A stretch of DNA of 63,200 nucleotides, counting the filler, from Craspedostauros australis (lineage: Eukaryota): the NCBI GenBank assembly GCA_030167865.1. It is 6 parts of 6 records of this genome, joined end to end, with 100 filler letters (N's around TTAATTAATTAA, not from the genome) between each part and the next. Parts side by side here need not be neighbours in the genome. Positions count along the whole stretch, not along the records: positions 56,871 to 61,683 come from JALAGF010006195.1; positions 61,784 to 63,200 come from JALAGF010006199.1; 4 more parts are not named here. One strand, 5' to 3'. Every line of letters starts with the position of its first letter. The first letter of the stretch is position 1. Both the position numbers and the translations under genes were made by a program. Below the pieces are notes generated by a model, which saw nothing but the letters and a program-made list of their open reading frames with translations, was not told where the DNA came from and did no database searches. Shown piece after piece: positions 56,871-63,200 of the stretch.

Positions 56871-59800
56871 TTTCACGACTCCTCGTCTCCCGGCAGAGGA
56901 CTTCGACTACGTCACTGACTCTGGAGTTGACTACTCTGTGGCCAACGCCAGCCCCGCGTTCCGGCGACACCGTACCTACCAGGTCCCGCCCGCTCTCGAG
57001 CGTCTGGACTACGGTGTTGGTCAGGCCTGGGACAAGTGGCGCCTGCCCCTCAAGGATGACTCGCCCACTGCGATCTTCAACTGGTATGGCCAGTTCCAGG
57101 CTGCTGCTGCACGTGCGGACTTGCACTCTTGCCCGCTGAGTTCGTTCCAGCCGTCCTCTTCCGTCATTCCTCGCAATGCCCACGGTCACCGTGTCTTTGC
57201 CATGAATGACCAGCTGGTGGTGAAGCTGCAGGCCGATGGTGTCATCAACCTGGAGCATGCCGCGCTTCGCCTGAAGTACACCAGCAGCATCGGCATCATG
57301 CCGCACCGGCTTTCCGCGTACGTCTTCATTCATACACTGCTCTCCGGCGCGTATGATGCCGTCCAGTCGCAGGTCCACAAGGCTCCAGCTTTTCAAGGGT
57401 CCGTTGCGACGTACGCTGAACAGCTGCTCAGCTTCCAGCTTGTGGAGGGCCTCGTGTTTCGCCGACACATCTCCCAGCTGGAGCTCACGCGCCACTTCCT
57501 TGAAGAACTTCGTGGTCATGGGTACGAACTGGGGCACTTCCATACTGCCGTCCGTGGCGTTGCCGTGCCCAAGGACCTTCCCATCAATCTGCGCGTGGAG
57601 CAGCTTGGGCAGGAAATTACGGATCTTCCCCAGCAGCCTGCTCGAGGTGTCGCGCATCGTGTCAACACATGCAGTCAAGGACGCAGTGGTGGTGGTGGCC
57701 GAGGCCAACGTCCCGAGAGGCGCCAGCACGCCTTTTACAAGCCAGTGCCCGGTGCCTTCTGTGAGGCCTGCTGCAACATGGGTCACACCAAGGACACGTG
57801 CAAGACTTTTGGGCGCCATGTGCACATGAACGAGTACGCTGCATCGCATTCGGAGTATGCTGACGCCATGCGTGACAAGTTCCGCGGGCACTTCACCAAG
57901 CAGACCTTCACGGCCAACGCTCGGGCCATCCAGCGCTACAGCGGGGATGAACATGAGTCCATTGCCAACCTCGTGGTGTCTGATGAAGTGCTCGAATCCG
58001 TTGACCAGGATTTTTGGTCTGCCGGCCAGGAGTAAGCGAGCTCTCTGGTGAACGGCCATCTTTCAACAATCGTGACAGCGGGAAACCAGCAGGTCATCAC
58101 GTCGATGAGGTTTCCGTGCTTGCTCTTCCTGCTCCCTCCGCCATCCAGCCTCATAAGCTTATGGGATATGCTGTGGTCAGGGCCTGCCGTGTTCACGCCG
58201 CCCGTACTGATGGATCCGGCATTCGGGCCTGGAATCCTTATGGTGGTGTGGGTCAATGCGACATCGGTGCCAATGTGAGCGCGACTCCGTACAAGGAAGT
58301 CCTGAGGGATTACCAACCTTTCTCCTCACCTCTCATGCTGGCGGCAGCTGATGCTCTCGCTGAGTCCATGGTATGCCCGGGTGAAGGCTTCCTGGACGTT
58401 CCCACATGCGAGGGGTCGGCTATCTCAGTCCGGACTGCGCTTTGCCCCAACCTGGCTGAGACACTCATCTCGCCACAGTCCATCGTGCGACAGAGTGACA
58501 ACACATTCCAGCACTTCACATTTGCATCCACCCTACAAGGCGCCACGCTCATGTTCCATGGTGCAAGCGGTGACTGCTCTGCCTCTATGACTCAGTCCAA
58601 TGGGTTGTACTTCTTCAACGGCGACTCCACACGGTCACCCATGGCGTTCGCCATTCAAACTTCGTCGCCGGCCTTGCAAGCGGAGCTATGGCACCTGCGC
58701 CTGGGACACCCCGGCATGTCGCAGTTGGAGAAGTTGCCTGCGCATGTCACTGGCGTCCCTGGCAAACTACGGTCCAGCGCGCACCCGTTGCGACACTGCA
58801 CGACGTGCAGCCAGGCTCACCGCCAGAAGGCCGCTTGCGGACCCAACGTGGACACTGTCGAACCACATCCGGGCGCTCGGTTCCATGCAGACTTCGGTTT
58901 CATGCGTGCCACCAACGAGGCGTACGGTGCTGCAAAGCCGCGCGGCCGCGATGCCAATCGCCGTGTTGTCCTATCCCTTGAAGGCTTCACGTCATACCTC
59001 CTCATCACGGATGCGTACACGCGATATACGTGGGTGTTTCCAACGAAGGACAGGTCGCCTCCAGTTGAGATATTCTCCAAACTTCTGGGTGATTTTGGCC
59101 GACGTTCGGGTCATCGCGCGGTGCGTGTCGATACAGGCAGGGAGCTTGCTCGATCCGGAGCTTTCCAAGTGGCCGTCTGCGATGCTGGGTACAATCTCGA
59201 GCCCACTGGTGCTGGTTGCTCCTGGATGAATGGGAAGGTGGAGCGGCTGAACCGCACTTTTGGCGTCATGACGAGGGCCCTACTGTATTCCGCGGGTCTC
59301 AAGCCGCAGTTCTGGGCCCTTGCGCTCGTGCATTCGGTCTACCTGAAGAACCGGTTGTGGCATGCGTCCATCTCCAAGACTCCCTACGAGCTCCAACATG
59401 GGGTCAAGCCGGATCTCGGGCACCTACGTGTTTTTGGGTCTCGTGTTACTGTCAGGAAGCCAGGACATCCACCTGCCAAGCTTGACGTTCACACGTACAA
59501 TGGAATCTTCGTGGGTCACACGGCGACACCGACTCTCCACAAATACTACGACCTTGATTCTGGCCGCATCAAAACAGCTGGCAACATCGTCTTCGACGAG
59601 GTTCACTTCACGTCCAGCAGTCGGCCTCCAGGACCACAACTCCTGTTCGAACTGGGATTCCGTGACCCTCGAGGTGATGCAACACTGATCCCTACGAAGG
59701 ACGGCGCACTCAAGGGTGACAATGCGGATGCAGGGCGTACACCCGTTGAGTCCTGCGTTGCGTGTGGTGATTCGGAGTTACACGCAGCCGCTGCCACGTG

Positions 59801-61683
59801 CTCATCCACACCTCATCGTTTCGTGCGGTCACTGGAGATGACGAGTGAGCCTTTCGGTTTTCCGTTCGCGCAGGACATTGAGGTGAATGGATCCGATCCA
59901 TGTGCTGGGTTGGTGCTGGTGCCCGACGATGCTCGAGGGCGACTGCAGCTGCAAACATGCAAGCCTGGCACTCCGGCCGCTCGCATTCCCCGGTGGCGAT
60001 CGCGTCTTCGGTCTGCACATCTGCTNNNNNNNNNNNNNNNNNNNNNNNNNNNNNNNNNNNNNNNNNNNNNNNNNNACGTGTGTTTGGGTCTCGTGTCACT
60101 GTCCGGAAGCCAGGGCATCCGCCTGCCAAGCTTGACGTTCACACGTACAATGGCATCTTTGTGGGACACACGGCGACACCGACTCTCCACAAATACTACG
60201 ACCTTGATTCTAGCCGCATCAAAACAGCTGGCAACATCGTCTTTGACGAGGTTCACTTCACGTCCAGCAATCGGCCTCCAGGACCACAACTCCTGTTCGA
60301 ACTGGGATTCCGTGACCCTCGAGGTGATNNNNNNNNNNNNNNNNNNNNNNNNNNNNNNNNNNNNNNNNNNNNNNNNNNCACTTCACGTCCAGCAATCGGC
60401 CTCCAGGACCACAACTCCTGTTCGAACTGGGATTCCGTGACCCTCGAGGTGATGCAGCACTGGTCCCTACGAAGGACGGCGCACTCAAGGGTGACAATGC
60501 GGATGCAGGGCGTACACCCGTTGAGTCCTGCGTTGCGTGTGGTGATTCGGAGTTACACGCCGCCGCTGCCACGTGCTCGTCCACACCTCATCGTTTCGTG
60601 CGGTCGCTGGAGATGACAAGTGAACCTTTCGGTTTTCCGTTCGCGCAGGACATTGAGGTGAATGGATCCGATCCATGTGCTGGGTTGGTGCTGGTGCCCG
60701 ACGATGCTCGAGGGCGACTGCAGCTGCAAACNTGCAAGCCTGGCACTCCGGCCGCTCGCATTCCCCGGTGGCGATCGCGTCTTCGGTCTGCACATCTGCT
60801 TACCCTGGATGGCGACGACGTGTTGCGCGGTGATGATGTCGTCCGCATCGTTTCAAACGCGCGGCAGCGTCAGACGAATCCAATCGTCGCCATCTTCGCT
60901 TTTGATGAGGCGCGCAATGCTCTCTCCCAACAAGGTGTTCCGCAGCTCTACTTCGACCAGCTTCGACATGTGAAGGACGTCATCCGGCAGATATCGCCAC
61001 GCGCTCGCGCCGTTGCTGCTGCACCCAAACTCACACGGCGCAAGTTGCTGTTGGGCGATGACTGGGATGAGTGGCAAGCTGCGGAGTTCAAGCAGATGGA
61101 GCAATACCACCACCAAGGGATGTTCGGTGATCCAGTGGAGCCTCCGTCTGGCGCAGCTGTGTTCAACTGGGTCTGGGTGTATGTTGTGAAAACCCACGAG
61201 AACAATCGCAAGAAGGCCCGCGCGGTGTGTGATGGTTCCACCCGAGGAGGCAACGTCCGTGTATTTGGTCACACGTATGCTGCCACGCCCGATCTCACCG
61301 AATTCCGCATTCTTGTGGCCATCGCCGCTGTCCAGCGCCTACTCATCTTTGGAGCTGATGTTGCCAATGCATTTGCTGAAGCTCCAGCCAGCGCCCAGCG
61401 ATACTACATGAAGGTGGACGATCAGTTCCGTTCGTGGTGGGAACACAAACATGATGCTACCATTCCGCGTGGCCATGTTGTGCCTGTCCTCAAGAACCTC
61501 CAAGGTCACCCTGAGGCGCCTTGGCAGTGGAGCATTCATGTCAATGGAATCATGCGCCGCATGGGCCTGACGTCAACCACCCACGCTCCATGTCTCTACA
61601 CTGGGGTCGTTCAGAGCGAGCGCGTCTACATTTTGCGGCAGGTCGACGATTTCGCAGTGGCCACCGCCCGACAGAGCACCTAC
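56871..61683 (+). mobile_element. Ty1/Copia (CoDi-like) element D, internal part: gag (to 58035), then pol in the -1 frame (protease, integrase, PDZ-like segment, RT)
   Basis: Knuckle CEACCNMGHTKDTC; CDIGAN; LWHLRLGH..CTTC; FHADFGF..RVDTGREL..NGKVER; HLRVFGS; WVYVVK..KARAVCDG; ADVANAF; LQGHPEA; LRQVDDF. Segments 60076-60328 and 60379-60800 repeat 59426-60025 across gaps (assembly artefact). Confidence 0.93.
58008..58056 (+). promoter_or_regulatory. Putative -1 programmed ribosomal frameshift signal
   Basis: G_GAT_TTT (58008-58014), spacer TGGTCT, hairpin GCCG-GCCAG-GAGT-AAGCGA-GCTC-T-CTGGT-GAA-CGGC (58021-58056). Confidence 0.75.
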
Positions 61684-61727
61684 NNNNNNNNNNNNNNNNN
61701 NNNNNNNNNNNNNNNNNNNNNNNNNNN

Positions 61728-61739
61728 TTAATTAATTAA
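61728..61739. other. Artificial scaffold-joining spacer TTAATTAATTAA
   Basis: Same 12-mer inside N runs. Confidence 0.95.
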
Positions 61740-61783
61740 NNNNNNNNNNNNNNNNNNNNNNNNNNNNNNNNNNNNNNNNNNNN

Positions 61784-62465
61784 CGGAGATCAGTGTGGCC
61801 TTCTCTGCATGATGTGGTTCATAGTGGAGGATTTGTTCCTCCATCTCAATTGCATAATTCAACACGTTGTTGTCAAAGTTGTTGTCAATGTTGCAATCCA
61901 TAGATACGTCATCCTCCGGCTCTTCAGATCTGCCGTCAATACTGACTTTGTTGGTTGGGGGCGTGTGCGAAGAGTTTGTTGGTTGGGAAGTCGCGGCCGG
62001 AACGTTGGTCAGGTGAATGTTGATGGGAGGAGAGTTCAGTGGTAGAGAAGTTGCAGCCGGATTGTTGCTTGGGAGAATGTTGCTGGATGGAGAGTTCGTC
62101 CCAACACCCAAGTCTTGGCTGACTGCAGGTGCATCCGCCGGTCCAGTGATTGTCTCTGGTGGCGGGAGGAATCTGTGGCTCTTCGCAAAAGCATCCAATG
62201 CCGCAACTCCTTTTCCAACAAAGATGGTTTGAATGTATTCTTCGACCTTGGTGTCGGGAAGTGGACTTTCATTGCCTTCCAGGCGAATGAGGGTTTGGGA
62301 ACTGTGTTGGCATACAACACCCAAGGATTCCCAATGGACGATCCAGTTGTGTTTGGGAAGAACCTTGATCGTGCGTCCCACGATGTAGCCATGCTTTTTG
62401 CGAGGTGCGTTGGACCTACGAGGCCCGCATCTGCAAGCGACCTTGGCTCCGAGAGTGATCCTCAT
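61784..62465 (-). CDS. 5' part of an unknown ORF with a small beta-rich (SH3/Tudor-like) N-terminus; possibly transposon-derived
   Basis: ATG at 62465, open to the gap; ITLGAKVACR..IVGRTIKVLPKHNWIVHWE..HSSQTL followed by a Pro/Ser/Asn linker. Confidence 0.4.
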
Positions 62466-63200
62466 GTTGATGTTGTTCGTGTTGCGGAGATGTTGGGAGG
62501 GGGATGATCAGAATGTGTGCGATGAAAGTGTTCATGTCTCAATCAAATGTTGTGTGCATGTTGATGTGCAAGAAGTGATACAGCGTCACACCCCAACAAA
62601 TCGAGCGATCGCCGACTGTTATGGATCTGTTGCACTGCTCTGAAACCATTGTTGCCAGCAACGATCATTGATAGATGGTGGCAACATGTTGGAATGGCCT
62701 CATGTTCATTGCTGCATGTGAACATTGGATTCAAATACAGGTGTTGGTGTGTTTGAAGTCGCTGACACGACAAATTTCGAATCACGAGCCGAGAGCACCA
62801 ACTTCAACGGCACACAAGGGGCCGACGAACAACACACAGCAAGCAACCACCACACCACCGCAACCGGAAGAGACTCGCGATTCCATCGATGCCACGAACA
62901 GGTCCAACAGACGAAACAAAGTGCCAACCGGGGATGGAANNNNNNNNNNNNNNNNNNNNNNNNNNNNNNNNNNNNNNNNNNNNNNNNNNNNNNNNNNNNN
63001 NNNNNNNNNNNNNNNNNNNNNNNNNNNNNNNNNNNNNNNNNNNNNNTTTTTTTTTCGCGGTCGGTTTGGGGAAAACCTCCAAAATGGGGTCAACACAAGC
63101 AATAAAATGGAATCCAAGTGATCAACACACAGCAAGTTTGACAACATCATCAGATAGATCTCACTCTTGGCTTTCGATTGATACCATTATTATACATTGT

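Noticed and set aside
12433..61739. TTAATTAATTAA motifs as piggyBac target sites or a biological repeat
   Set aside because: Always centred in N runs and give stops in all six frames, so they are assembly spacers. Gene neighbourhoods across them carry no meaning.

Overview
Eukaryotic draft-assembly sequence, most consistent with a diatom. The evidence is compact genes, short GT-AG introns, CoDi-like Copia elements and a COG3899-type AAA ATPase; the species cannot be determined from the sequence. Five artificial N...TTAATTAATTAA...N spacers (12433, 14891, 40689, 56815, 61728) join six pieces whose adjacency is not biological. Piece 1 (1-12388) holds two tandem, apparently intronless paralogues of a fatty acyl-AMP ligase (FAAL)-type enzyme. 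The complete copy continues into a carrier domain and an epsilon-poly-lysine-synthetase (Pls)-like membrane C-terminus. A NUMOD1/MBD-like protein lies between the two copies. Piece 2 is a fragment of an AAA-ATPase signalling gene. Piece 3 (14947-40644) has a probable LINE ORF1 fragment followed by ordinary genes: TenA, a sulfotransferase, an amino-acid transporter, an immune-mapped-protein-like gene, a WGR-like gene, CWF19L1, a triple zinc-finger protein, the IMP1 peptidase, citrate synthase and a Cys-rich repeat protein. Pieces 4-5 contain four Ty1/Copia elements from two lineages, partly nested, plus a DARPin-like ankyrin gene with an Asn-rich tail. Best candidates for something new: (i) a conserved -1 frameshift cassette (G_GAU_UUU, 6-nt spacer, 36-nt hairpin) at the gag/pol junction of two divergent Copia elements; (ii) the duplicated FAAL-carrier-Pls-like membrane synthetase; (iii) the ankyrin array whose variation is concentrated at binding-surface positions; (iv) a PDZ-like domain inside a Copia Pol. 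All family calls come from motif recognition by eye; no database search was run.
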